DNA of 55,027 nucleotides from Barthelona sp. PAP020 (taxonomy: Eukaryota), in contig JARQWU010000037.1 of the NCBI GenBank assembly GCA_040182905.1, positions 1-55,027 on the forward strand, given 5' to 3'. Positions 42,647-52,967 of this stretch are shown piece after piece. The position numbers were made by a program, and so were the translations under genes. How positions within the stretch are numbered: the first letter of the stretch is position 1; each line of letters begins with the position of its first letter. Under the pieces are notes generated by a model that saw only the letters and a program-made list of their open reading frames with translations, did not search any database and had not been told where the DNA came from.

Positions 42647-43822
42647 ATGGTTGTTAACACTGCAGTTGAGGAAACTGACCCTTGTGTTAAGTATAATATG
42701 GATCAAGTTGTTGTTCCAAATGGGTTTGATGTGGATGGATTTGAAGATAATGGTCGACCAAAGAAGATTTATCATGCAGCGCTTGAAGGTAATCTTGAGG
42801 TTGTCAAGCAGTGTGTCAAAGCTGGCGTTGATGTGAACAAACAGGGTAAGGAAGGAAGGACAACGCTTTGGGGAGCTGCTTTTAATGGACAAATTGAAGT
42901 TGTTGAGTTTTTGTTGGATCATGGGGCTGATGTTAATTTGTGCAGGAATGATGGTGCTTCTCCATTGTACATCAGCTGTGAAAAAGGTCATCTTGATTTT
43001 ACTAAAATTCTCTTGGATCATGGAGCTGATATTAATTTGTGCAATCACAATGGTACTTCTCCATTGTACATAAGTTGTCAAAATGGTCATCTTGATTTTG
43101 TCAAAATGCTCTTGGATTATGAAGCTGATGTTAATTTGTGTAATAATGATGATACTTCTCCATTATACATCAGTTGTGGAAATGGTCATTTTGATGTTGC
43201 CAAAATGCTCTTAGATCATAAAGCAGATGTTAATTTGTGTTGGAATGGTGGATTTTCTCCATTATACTTCAGTTCTGAAAATGGTCATCTTGATGTTGCT
43301 AAAATGCTCTTGGATCATGGAGCAGATGTTAGTTTGTGTCCTAATGATGGTACTTCTCCATTGTACATCAGTTGTCAAAATGGTCATTTTGATGTTGCCA
43401 AAATGCTCTTGGATCATGGAGCAGATGTTAATTTGTGCAGGGACGGTGAATTTTCTCCATTGTATATCAGTTGTCAAAAAGGTCATCTTGATGTTGGCAG
43501 AATGCTCTTAGATCATGGGGCTGATGTTAATTTGTGTAATAATGATAATGCTTCTCCATTGAACATCAGTTGTTATGATGGTCATCTTGATTTTGCCAGA
43601 ATGCTCTTGGATCATGGGGCTGATGTTAATTTGCGCAGAAATGATGGTGCTTCTCCATTGTATATCAGTTGTCAAAATGGTTACCTTGACATAGTCAAAC
43701 TTCTGTTAGATTATAAAGCCGATGTAAATCTCAAATTTCAACAAAAATGGACACCAATGGACTTTGCCAGAACCAAAGGTCATTCCAAAATTGTACAAAT
43801 TCTCCAACCCTTCTACAATTGA
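42647..43822 (+). CDS. Ankyrin-repeat protein paralog 2 (N-cap, 8 near-identical internal repeats, C-cap)
   Basis: xxxGxSPLYISCxxGHLDxAKMLLDHGADVNLC x8; in-frame upstream ATGs also exist (e.g. 42533). Confidence 0.95.
   Translation: MVVNTAVEETDPCVKYNMDQVVVPNGFDVDGFEDNGRPKKIYHAALEGNLEVVKQCVKAGVDVNKQGKEGRTTLWGAAFNGQIEVVEFLLDHGADVNLCRNDGASPLYISCEKGHLDFTKILLDHGADINLCNHNGTSPLYISCQNGHLDFVKMLLDYEADVNLCNNDDTSPLYISCGNGHFDVAKMLLDHKADVNLCWNGGFSPLYFSSENGHLDVAKMLLDHGADVSLCPNDGTSPLYISCQNGHFDVAKMLLDHGADVNLCRDGEFSPLYISCQKGHLDVGRMLLDHGADVNLCNNDNASPLNISCYDGHLDFARMLLDHGADVNLRRNDGASPLYISCQNGYLDIVKLLLDYKADVNLKFQQKWTPMDFARTKGHSKIVQILQPFYN
42944..43735 (+). repeat. 8 x 99-bp tandem repeat encoding ankyrin repeats
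   Basis: Recurring gatgttaatttgtg / tctccatt / ggtcatcttgat at 99-bp period. Confidence 0.95.
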
Positions 43823-44322
43823 TTCAATGCTTTTATTTTTTAACCAAATTGATTTCAGAAAACACCATCCTATTGATAATTCATCACACAACAGTGATAC
43901 TTGAAAACACCCAACTTTATATCACAGCTTTCTATTCATATTTTTAATTTGCAGTGTTTGGATCAAAGTGTAACCCACGTTTTATAAACCCTCCAATTTT
44001 GTTATTGTTAATCAAACAGTGAACTTTTGAAGTGAGTTTGGTTTCTCTTTGGTACATCAACCTGAGGGAAATCTCTATTGTTTCTTCGTACTTACTATGG
44101 TTGAATCTAATCCACAATTGGTTTGTTTTGATTTGGTGGTTGTGAGATACCTACGGATAAATACTTTCATATATTCATAATTCCTATTGCTTCTAACCAA
44201 AGGCAGTGACTTGTGATCTTATGATCGGTGATTCTGGAATGATTGCTGATTGTTTTTATGCTTTTGAACTTCAACAGATGTTCTTCAGCTGTAATATTAA
44301 TCAAAAAGTCTGGGAACCTTTG

Positions 44323-44637
44323 ATTTACTATCAAGAACGACTGTGTGTATGAATGAAAAAATAGCAATAATGTTTGTTTGGCTTGAAGCTTTCAAAGTCT
44401 GAGTGACATACAAAACTTTTATTTCTTTAAAAAAGAAAGTTTAAACCTTTAAAAATTTGCTTTTGCTAAATACCAAACAGGAATGAAGAATTTCTCGAAA
44501 ATTCTCATGCTCGATTGTAAAAATTACATTTCAGTCCCTCAATTCAAAATGGGTTTTTGACTGAAATTTACTGGAATGAGTTTTCTGGGTTTATATTCTT
44601 TGTAAGTAAATATGGTTGTTTACAACTGGACCAAATT
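44323..44637 (+). repeat. ~300-bp dispersed repeat family, copy G
   Basis: caagaacgactgtgtgtatgaatg...tttgcttttgc...ttacatttcagtccctcaattc...gttgtttacaactggaccaaatt. Confidence 0.85.
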
Positions 44638-44818
44638 AAAACAGAAAAGAAGAGAAAGAAAAGATAACGCATATACACGTGTTTATCTAAAATTTGCCCA
44701 TTTGTCTGCAAAAGCTTTAAAAAAATATAGGAGAGTTTGAAAGGGTTTCACAAAAATAAGAAATTTTTTTCATTTTTTACAAAAAAAAGTTTAAAAATTT
44801 GAAACTTTTCAAAATTTT

Positions 44819-46807
44819 TCATATTGTATTCAAAACTTGTCTGATTAAGGGGACAAATGCCATTTTCTTAGAATTCGTTGTAAAGTTCCAATTTATCATT
44901 GGGATAATATTCTCTAATTCTGTTTCAATTACATCTTTCAACCCTTCTTTATGCACGTCTGTTAAGCCTTCAAAAGGTATTAATATGGGGTTAATAATAG
45001 ATTCTTTGATTAAATTTCTGTCAATAAACGATTCATAATCAAATTCCAACATTTTGTCGACTGAAAACAAACAAGAAAACAAAGACCAATCCAAGCAAAA
45101 TAGTTCCAAATCTTCAGCTTCCCAATTTTCTGGATTAAAGGAAAATTTTTCTTTTACAAGGGTTAAAAGAACAGTCTTAAAAATTCCATTAAAAACTTGG
45201 GGAGAAAATAAACAACATCCCTCAGTATACCAAAGAAATAGTTCTTTAATCATAGAAAACATGTTTGAACTGATAAATTGATCAGAAATAATCAAACTCT
45301 TTGGAATACGTTCTGGAAATTGTACGTATCTTGGAGACAAATACGTATTAATGTTGAATTTTCTGTAGCTTTCAACTACAATGATTTGACACAAGTTTGC
45401 TTTCAATTCGTCCCAAAGATTGCATAATGACGCATTAGGAACGATTGGAACTGATTTTTTAGGGATAAAAAAAGAATATTGAATGCAAGTATTGACAAAA
45501 GGGATCAGTTCATTCAATAAAACAAAATAATCTCCACATAATTGTAAATATGCTTGATTTGATAACAATACACGATTATTAAACAAATTTTGTGTGTTTA
45601 ATGTGAATTCATTCAACAATCGATGTATTCCTTCATCAATAAAGACTTGATACAGATCAGGTGAAGCAAATAATTCACACTTATGAAATATTTTGTCGAT
45701 AACAATAAACAGTACTTTTAAAGGTTTGCTAACTCGAATATGACGAGCTTTAAATGAATTGGCACGAATAAACGATAAGTATAAACGACTTTCTAAATTG
45801 GGCAACAATTTAGCTATGGGAATGTCCAAACTACCTCCAATGATATCATCAGATGTGTCATCAGATGTGTTATTTTCGGTGTTGTCCAATATAGCATAAA
45901 AATCCTTGAAAGATTGTTCAATTTTCATCCTACCATCTTCAAAAACGTTAATCAACAATTTATTTATCTTCTTTTCAAAACGTGCCTGAAAATGAATGGA
46001 GATGTTTATTCCAACATCCGCCAATATTTCAGCAGCATCATAGACACTGCTAAGACACTCGGCAATCAATTCCAAAGAATCCAAATCTTTCTTCGAAAAT
46101 AAAGAATCAATGTAGACCTCACTGAATTTTTCTATCACACTATGAATCCAAGCAGTTAAAAAAGAAATGTCTGAATGGTCTTTAAACGCTCTCAAAAAGT
46201 CTTTCACGCTTTCATATAAAAAATTAAAGGTAATAGTAGCGGCAGAAGTAATTAATTTTATTTCATTGCCTGCTCGAATGTCTGCAAGCACCAAATTGAA
46301 CAATTGATCTTTTTTTAGTTTTAGAAATTCCAATCTCCCTTGTTCTGAATATCCTAAAGAGTTAATCAAATTCAAAATATCAAGTTGAAGTTCTCTTTCC
46401 TCATTTCTTGATGCATTTGACAACAAATTCAGTAGTTGAGTCAAAACCATCTGTTCAAATATTCTTATCGCCTTATCTAATTGATTATTTCGATAAATGT
46501 CTTCACTCCAATATCTTTTAATTCTTTCAACAGTCGCTTCATGTTTATGAATTGATATTGAAGAAAATAATTCTCTGCAAACATCCCTCTTCACAATAAT
46601 ATCGCATAATTTATTTAATTCTTCATCTTCTAATCCACATGAAGGATAATGTGATTGACTCTGTATGTCAGATTTTAAACTGAATAAACTATCAATTGTG
46701 GTGGAAAATTCATTGATGATATTGGTTAATTCTTCATACCTTTTGATAAAATCCACAAATAAATTACCACATTCAATCAAATTTAATTGACTTTTCTCTT
46801 CATCCAT
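44819..46807 (-). CDS. EXO84: Exocyst subunit Exo84-like
   Basis: LINSLGYSEQGRLEFL and AWIHSVIEKF...IAECLSSVYDAAEILADVGINI match the Exo84 C-terminal helical-rod motifs. Confidence 0.65.
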   Translation of the reverse strand: MDEEKSQLNLIECGNLFVDFIKRYEELTNIINEFSTTIDSLFSLKSDIQSQSHYPSCGLEDEELNKLCDIIVKRDVCRELFSSISIHKHEATVERIKRYWSEDIYRNNQLDKAIRIFEQMVLTQLLNLLSNASRNEERELQLDILNLINSLGYSEQGRLEFLKLKKDQLFNLVLADIRAGNEIKLITSAATITFNFLYESVKDFLRAFKDHSDISFLTAWIHSVIEKFSEVYIDSLFSKKDLDSLELIAECLSSVYDAAEILADVGINISIHFQARFEKKINKLLINVFEDGRMKIEQSFKDFYAILDNTENNTSDDTSDDIIGGSLDIPIAKLLPNLESRLYLSFIRANSFKARHIRVSKPLKVLFIVIDKIFHKCELFASPDLYQVFIDEGIHRLLNEFTLNTQNLFNNRVLLSNQAYLQLCGDYFVLLNELIPFVNTCIQYSFFIPKKSVPIVPNASLCNLWDELKANLCQIIVVESYRKFNINTYLSPRYVQFPERIPKSLIISDQFISSNMFSMIKELFLWYTEGCCLFSPQVFNGIFKTVLLTLVKEKFSFNPENWEAEDLELFCLDWSLFSCLFSVDKMLEFDYESFIDRNLIKESIINPILIPFEGLTDVHKEGLKDVIETELENIIPMINWNFTTNSKKMAFVPLIRQVLNTI

Positions 46808-46927
46808 CGTTTTGTCAATAAATATTAATTATTTTAAAAGATACAACAAAAAAAAAATTTTTCACTTTGCCTTGAAAAAAAATTAAATGACAAATATCTG
46901 TTTTTCTATTTATGCAATAAAAAAAAA

Positions 46928-48556
46928 TTAATGTTTGGCAAAAGGATTTCCTTTGCTTGTTTTTGCACTTGAAGTCTTCAAATTATCGGAAGAAAATGCA
47001 GATGGTTTATTTGATTTGAAAGGTGATTCAGAATGACTATGTTTTAAACTAAAAGGGTTACTTGTAGATGAAGAAGAAGAGAGGGAAGATTTTCGCTTGA
47101 AAGGATTGTTGGATGTTGTATCGGCTTTCTCTTTTTCAACTGTTGAATCTTTGTCTCTCTTGAATGGATTGACGGTAGTTTTCTTCTCAGACGCAAAGGG
47201 GTTGATTGTTTTTGCAACCTCAGGATCTTTTTCCTTTATTTCGTTTTCTTCGGTCAAATCTCTGGACCTTTTTTCAAAAGGATTTGTTCTTTTAGTACTT
47301 GTGTTGGGAGTTACGATTTTAGTGTCAACCAAATCCTTTTCCTTCTCTTCATTCACATCTTTTGGCTTTCTTTCAAAGGGGTTTGCTTTTTTTGCTGAAT
47401 CAACAAGTTTGTTTTCTTGTTTTTCTTTTGTATTGAGCAATTTTTTTTTGAAAGGATTTGCTAACTTTGCATCAATTCTTGAATTTTCAGAAGATGCTGT
47501 AGATTCAGAAATTGCCGACATTTTTTCCTTTTTTTCTTCACTTTCTTGAGAAATCAAAGATTTTTTAGGCTTGCTAAAGAGCTTGGATGCAAGTTTAGAT
47601 GATTTATCCGAATGTCCCTCTTCGTCCTTTAAAGTTTTTTCATTTTCATTTTCTTGTGCAACTTCAACTAATACAGATGTGTTAATTACAGGTTCCAACT
47701 TTCTTGGAGCAGTTTTTAATTTTTCAACATCAAATTTAGTATTAAACTTGAGTGATCCAGCAACCTGCATAGATTTGTTGATGATAGGTGTCTTATCAAC
47801 TCCATAGGCAGTCAAATCATTGGATCTAAAAGTGGATTCATTTTGTATTGCTGAAATAGCAATTTGAGGATCTGATATTCTCAACTTCATCTTACTTTGA
47901 ATATTTGTTTTTGTTTTTCTAGCATCAAATGTGGTATTTGTTTGCAATCCCATAGAGGAGTTCTTAACATCTAATGATACATTCCTTTGGCCTTTAAAAG
48001 AAACTTGATGGGTAGAGCTCTTTGCAACATCTTTTTCCACAGGAATTTCACGTTTGTTCATAGATTCAGCAACTACAACCTTAGTTTTGTCATCATTCTT
48101 ATATTTTACAGGACATCTATGAAGTTGAAAATATTTAGGTAAAGCCAACGGATGTATGACTGTATCATTCATAGTTTGCTTTCTATCAACTTCTGACGGA
48201 GATACTTCAAGACTTTTAATCGATTTTAAATCTTGTGAAGATTCAATAACATTTTCTTTTCTACTTGTTACTAAATTAGATGTGCTTTTCTTTATTGGTT
48301 TGATCATTGTGTGCAGATTGTAATCTTTCTTTACAACTTTTAAAAACGAGGGTTTTATGTTTTTTTGTGCTGCTTTTATTTCCGAATATTTCAATTTCGG
48401 TTTATTTTCATGCAAATTACTTTTGTTTTCCTTGTCATAAATGGTTGACAATATCCTTTTTGCTGTTTCAAATGGATGAACAATCGATTTGTACACAGGT
48501 ATTTTTTTTGTAAACGGTTCAGATAATTTAGAAGATGTTCGAAATCGATTTTGCAT
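46928..48556 (-). CDS. Disordered K/S-rich protein with 8 C-terminal NPF motifs
   Basis: ANPF x2, TNPF, INPF, VNPF, NNPF, SNPF, GNPF in the last ~180 aa. Confidence 0.8.
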   Translation of the reverse strand: MQNRFRTSSKLSEPFTKKIPVYKSIVHPFETAKRILSTIYDKENKSNLHENKPKLKYSEIKAAQKNIKPSFLKVVKKDYNLHTMIKPIKKSTSNLVTSRKENVIESSQDLKSIKSLEVSPSEVDRKQTMNDTVIHPLALPKYFQLHRCPVKYKNDDKTKVVVAESMNKREIPVEKDVAKSSTHQVSFKGQRNVSLDVKNSSMGLQTNTTFDARKTKTNIQSKMKLRISDPQIAISAIQNESTFRSNDLTAYGVDKTPIINKSMQVAGSLKFNTKFDVEKLKTAPRKLEPVINTSVLVEVAQENENEKTLKDEEGHSDKSSKLASKLFSKPKKSLISQESEEKKEKMSAISESTASSENSRIDAKLANPFKKKLLNTKEKQENKLVDSAKKANPFERKPKDVNEEKEKDLVDTKIVTPNTSTKRTNPFEKRSRDLTEENEIKEKDPEVAKTINPFASEKKTTVNPFKRDKDSTVEKEKADTTSNNPFKRKSSLSSSSSTSNPFSLKHSHSESPFKSNKPSAFSSDNLKTSSAKTSKGNPFAKH

Positions 48557-48944
48557 TGAAAAAGGAAAAACTTGAAGGTTTGATTCTTTTTAATTTTTTT
48601 AATTTTTTATTTGTTCTTAATATTTGTCAAATATCATTATAAATTTATATATTTATTGATTAAAAGTGAATTCTTGAAGGTTTCAAGTGGGCAAGAATTG
48701 GCACTTCTTAAAGAACAAAAGAATCATAATCTAGACTAAAAAGATTGTTTTCTCAACCAAACTTAGGACTTTTTATATTTTTTATTGCTCTTTTTGTTTC
48801 GTTCAAAATTGGCAAAAAATGCTTCGACTTCTTTCAACGGAATTTGTCCTGGTTGTTGAAGCAAAAATAGTAAGATTCACATAAACAATAAACACCTTTT
48901 TATTTATACTGTTTTAAAATAAATGAAAATAAAACATACATACA

Positions 48945-49379
48945 TTAATGGGCTTCATGAGCACAAAATTCAGTGTATCTGACTTCATCCATCAAATCTT
49001 TCAAATCAGTTTCGTTTCCAAACTTGACTTTGACCAACCAACCTTTTCCAAAAGGATCATTAGAAACATCACTGGGATTATCTTCTAAATTGGTATTCAC
49101 ACCAACAATTTCACCATTAACAGGACAATAAACATCAGAAGCAGCTTTAACGGATTCCAAAGCAACAGGAGCGTCACCTTTAGAAAAACCATCACCAATG
49201 GCAGGTAAATCAGCGTATACAATTTCACCTAAGTGTTCAGCAGCGAAAGGTGTGATTCCTAAAACACCAACACCATTTTCATATCTGAAATATTCATGCT
49301 CTGAAGTAAATAAAGTCTTTGCAACAGATCTAATGCTTTGAAAAATGTTTGAAGTAAGGTTCTTTGTTTGGAATTGCAT
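48945..49379 (-). CDS. GCSH: Glycine cleavage system H protein with short organellar presequence
   Basis: HEY, GITPFAAEHLGEIVY, lipoyl site ESVKAASDV, DPFGKGWL; first ATG at 49379. Confidence 0.95.
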   Translation of the reverse strand: MQFQTKNLTSNIFQSIRSVAKTLFTSEHEYFRYENGVGVLGITPFAAEHLGEIVYADLPAIGDGFSKGDAPVALESVKAASDVYCPVNGEIVGVNTNLEDNPSDVSNDPFGKGWLVKVKFGNETDLKDLMDEVRYTEFCAHEAH

Positions 49380-49673
49380 AATCAACACTCACGAAATATA
49401 TTTCCAAATTAATCAATTGACTTGTTTTGACTTTGTTTTGTCTTCAACCTCTCACACCATTGACACTTTATATTTTAGATAGTAAATATTATGTTAATAA
49501 TAATAATTTCAAAACTTTTACAATATATTTTCAAATATTCAATAATTTTCATTGTTTTAATGATTTTATATTTTAATAAATTCAAAGAGAGTTTAATATG
49601 ATCAAAAAAAAATGATTTTTCCTTTAAAAAAAAAAGAGAGCTTCATTTTGAATTGTATTATTCGATAATTTTC

Positions 49674-51011
49674 ATGTCACACACTGCTTCTAGCAAATAC
49701 GGCAGTTCTAATGTCGCTGCTTATGCTGAAAAGAGAAGGCAACAAATCGAAAAAGCGAAAAAAATTCGTGAAGCAAGAAGAAAAACTGAACATGAAGATT
49801 TGGATGATTCTAATGAGTATACGCAAAACGCCAAAAATGCAAATATCGAGAAAAATGCAATAGAGGATGATTTTTTACCGAAATCAACTATTGAAAATTT
49901 TAGCTTGGAGAATAATCGTTTACAACATGACAAATCAAAGTCCAATGTGTTATCTATGGACAAATTTCGACAAATGACTGAGAAAAATAGTTCAAGTTAT
50001 CCGAGAAATCAAAGTGCACCTATTAAACGAACAAGAGACAAACCAAAAGTTCAACTTGGTCAAGTGCAGGAAACAGTTTCCAATAACTATTATTATGGAT
50101 CTAATAGTGAAGCAAATGTACCTTCAGATGGAGACGCTATGAAGAGATCTTTAAAATTGCTAAAAGCCATTCATAGAGTTAATTCCGGAGATAGTTCTCG
50201 ACAAAGTTCTCGAAGAATAAGATCTGCTGGTCGAAGAGGGGTTAGGATGGTTCGAAACATTTATAAGAGTGAGATGGACATTGATGTTGATTCTCCAATC
50301 ATTCCTGACGAATTTAATAGTCCAGAAATTGAGATGGGTATGCTTCAAGAACCTTTTGAAGATATTAAAGCTTCCAGTAATGTATATTCCAACGATTTTG
50401 GTGTAACTGAAGAGATTAAGCCAGTAGAAAAGCCATTTATTGCCAAAAAGCAATCAAGGAATGAAAGTGGTAATAGAAAATCTGAAAATATCCATATTGA
50501 GCAACCTGTTTCTCAAATTCAACCGAAACCTATTTCATCAACGCCCAATTTTAACAATATGGCTGATGCGTTTCCTCAAGGTGATATCCCCCAAGTTAGT
50601 CTTGTTCCATGTCCTATTTGTGGCAGAAAGTTTGGTGAAGATAGAATTGACAGACATATAAAAGCCTGTGAAGTGGCCCAGAAGAAAAATGAAAAGCATG
50701 AGAAAATTGTAAAGAAAAAGGAAATTCAAAAAAACAGAAAAGAGACCCGATTGAATGAAAAAGAACGACAAATAAATGTTAAAAAGAAAGACTGGAAAGC
50801 TGCATCAGAATCATTTAGAGCCGCAATGAAAGCTGCAAGAACAGGTGAAGTTTTGGAGACTTCTGCTGTTCCTGTTGATTTAGAACAATGTAAGTTTTGT
50901 GGAAGAAGGTTTGGAGATGAACAATTAAAAAGACATCTTCCTCATTGTGAAAAGGCGTTTCAGAAGAAAAAAATGCAAAAGCGTAATGTTAGTGCGGCAA
51001 AGAGGAGATAA
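49674..51011 (+). CDS. C2HC-type zinc finger protein (ZC2HC1/FAM164-like)
   Basis: CPICGRKF....RHIKAC and CKFCGRRF....RHLPHC; W...SESFRAAMKAAR. Confidence 0.85.
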   Translation: MSHTASSKYGSSNVAAYAEKRRQQIEKAKKIREARRKTEHEDLDDSNEYTQNAKNANIEKNAIEDDFLPKSTIENFSLENNRLQHDKSKSNVLSMDKFRQMTEKNSSSYPRNQSAPIKRTRDKPKVQLGQVQETVSNNYYYGSNSEANVPSDGDAMKRSLKLLKAIHRVNSGDSSRQSSRRIRSAGRRGVRMVRNIYKSEMDIDVDSPIIPDEFNSPEIEMGMLQEPFEDIKASSNVYSNDFGVTEEIKPVEKPFIAKKQSRNESGNRKSENIHIEQPVSQIQPKPISSTPNFNNMADAFPQGDIPQVSLVPCPICGRKFGEDRIDRHIKACEVAQKKNEKHEKIVKKKEIQKNRKETRLNEKERQINVKKKDWKAASESFRAAMKAARTGEVLETSAVPVDLEQCKFCGRRFGDEQLKRHLPHCEKAFQKKKMQKRNVSAAKRR

Positions 51012-51202
51012 AGGGAACCATTGTTGTTATTTTTTTTTTTCTTTTTGAGGACATTTTTTTTTTTAAAAGTTTTGGCTTCAAATCAAGGAACTCATAGGTT
51101 TATTCCTTTTACCAAATGAAAGTTTTTCTCTTTTAAAATTTCACTTTAAGACTATTAATTAAAATTTGAAGTAAACACAAAAAAGTTTGTTTGCATAAGG
51201 GT

Positions 51203-51468
51203 TATTTCCAAGGCAAGAAACAACATGCGCATACGTGAATGAAAAAAGAACAGCATTTATTATTTCAAGGGTTTTAAGGACTGCTTCATCTGTTGAAACT
51301 TAAGAGCTTTGCTTTTGCAAAAATATGGCAAAAAAGTAAAGTATGGAAAAATCTTTTCCCAGTTTGTCTCAATTCTCAATTAGGGTTTTGACCGAAATTC
51401 ACTTGAATATATTCTCTGCTCTTTCTTTCTCTCAAATAACTATTGATGTTTCAGAACTGGACCAATTT
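51203..51468 (+). repeat. ~300-bp dispersed repeat family, diverged copy H
   Basis: tatttccaaggcaagaa head, atctgttgaaa, tttgcttttgcaaaaat, ggttttgaccgaaattcac, aactggaccaatttt tail. Confidence 0.8.
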
Positions 51469-51707
51469 TCACAATATATCAGAACTTTGAAGTGATTCTT
51501 TTCATGATTATCAATGATGTCATCATATTGCATCAGAGGTGCAAATATTATTAAATAATTATACAGTCTTAGAAAAGTTAATTTCTGATTTTCACTCACC
51601 AATTTACTCTTCAATTGTTTCATAAATTATGATATTTGGATTTGGTAATATTTGAAGAAAATATTGTGACAAAAAGAAAAATATTCATTTTATAAACAAA
51701 ATACAAA

Positions 51708-52769
51708 TCAAAAGTCAGAACCAAAAATAAGAGGTAATGAATTGATCAAATTCATACCCCAATGCTCCATAAACAATGTTTTTACTTCGTTAAAGTCCAG
51801 GTTATCGTCATCATTCTGATCTAACTTTTCAAATAATACTTCATAAGTTTTATCATTTGCAAGGAATTTTTGAGACGCAACTTCTCCCATTAACATACCT
51901 AAAACACGGTCAGCAAAATCGTAAGGAACCTTCAAAGAAGGATAACCTTGGGTTTGAAAGGCATCGACTATTTGTGCCTCAATGTACTTTTCAACTTCTT
52001 CAACAATATCTTCTGAAGTCACGTAATCAAACACATCTCTAAAATTATCAGGAGTAATCAATTGTCCTTGGGTAATTTTTGTTAAACTTTGCTCAATGGC
52101 ATCATTCAATACCAAAGGTCTAACTTTTTTTCTGAATGCAGCATTTAACACACCTTGAACTGATACATCACCCTCACAAACTTCAGTGAAATGAGGATAA
52201 TACAAAACAACAGTCAATTTTTTAAATAATGCTCCAATTTCATCAGCATCTAAATGTTGATTTCCATCCTTATCAAAATTCTTAAAGATTTCGAAAATTC
52301 GATCGAAATCTAACTGAGTGGGCACTAAAGCCACAATAAAAGATCTAAAATGTTCAAAATCCATTCCATCCATGTCAGCATATTCTTTGAAAATACTGTT
52401 AACAAAATCTACTTGACCAAATATGGTTTCTAAAGAAAGAATTATTTCATTACCATCTGTTAATTGTCTAATTGTGTCAAAAGCTCTTTCTTTACTAACA
52501 CTTGTGCTGTCACTCAATTGCAAATGAAAAAATGCAACATAATACTCTTTTAAAATTGGTACTTCCAAATGAGTTGCAATGAAACTAGTGATACTATTAA
52601 CTAAAATATGTTCAGGTGAAGAATCAATAAATTTAATGAACTCATCGACAAAAACAGAGATAGCTTGTTCACTGATTGAGGAATCTTGAGCATTAATATT
52701 TGAGTTTTCACCTTTCTTTCTTTGATTGTGATCCTCAATGGTATCAACAGAACTACTAGAACATCCCAT
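51708..52769 (-). CDS. N-acylated EF-hand calcium-binding protein
   Basis: MGCSSS myristoylation/palmitoylation motif; EF loops DKDGNQHLDADE, DQNDDDNLDFNE. Confidence 0.85.
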   Translation of the reverse strand: MGCSSSSVDTIEDHNQRKKGENSNINAQDSSISEQAISVFVDEFIKFIDSSPEHILVNSITSFIATHLEVPILKEYYVAFFHLQLSDSTSVSKERAFDTIRQLTDGNEIILSLETIFGQVDFVNSIFKEYADMDGMDFEHFRSFIVALVPTQLDFDRIFEIFKNFDKDGNQHLDADEIGALFKKLTVVLYYPHFTEVCEGDVSVQGVLNAAFRKKVRPLVLNDAIEQSLTKITQGQLITPDNFRDVFDYVTSEDIVEEVEKYIEAQIVDAFQTQGYPSLKVPYDFADRVLGMLMGEVASQKFLANDKTYEVLFEKLDQNDDDNLDFNEVKTLFMEHWGMNLINSLPLIFGSDF

Positions 52770-52967
52770 AACTAAAAATCAATAACAAAAAAATAATTAT
52801 TTCATTCCATTTATAAAACTGATTGGTTTTTTTTTGTTATCAAAGACTTGATTTCTTTTTGTTTTATTTTGTATTCAATAAAAACAATTCATGTGAAAAT
52901 AAGAAGTAAAGAGTAATTTTTTTTTTTTTTCAGTTTAGACTTGTTTCCTTATGTGAAAAACGAAACC

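Noticed and set aside
39997..43511. Antisense and alternative-frame ORFs over the ankyrin genes (e.g. 39997-40560, 42611-43090, 43262-43486)
   Set aside because: Shadows of the repetitive ankyrin coding sequence
42944..43735. Regular repeat array as a possible CRISPR
   Set aside because: 99-bp in-frame coding repeats without unique spacers, in a eukaryotic context with no cas genes
43860..44320. Coding-like composition downstream of ankyrin paralog 2
   Set aside because: Stops break the frames checked and no family is recognisable; may be a decayed gene but cannot be supported
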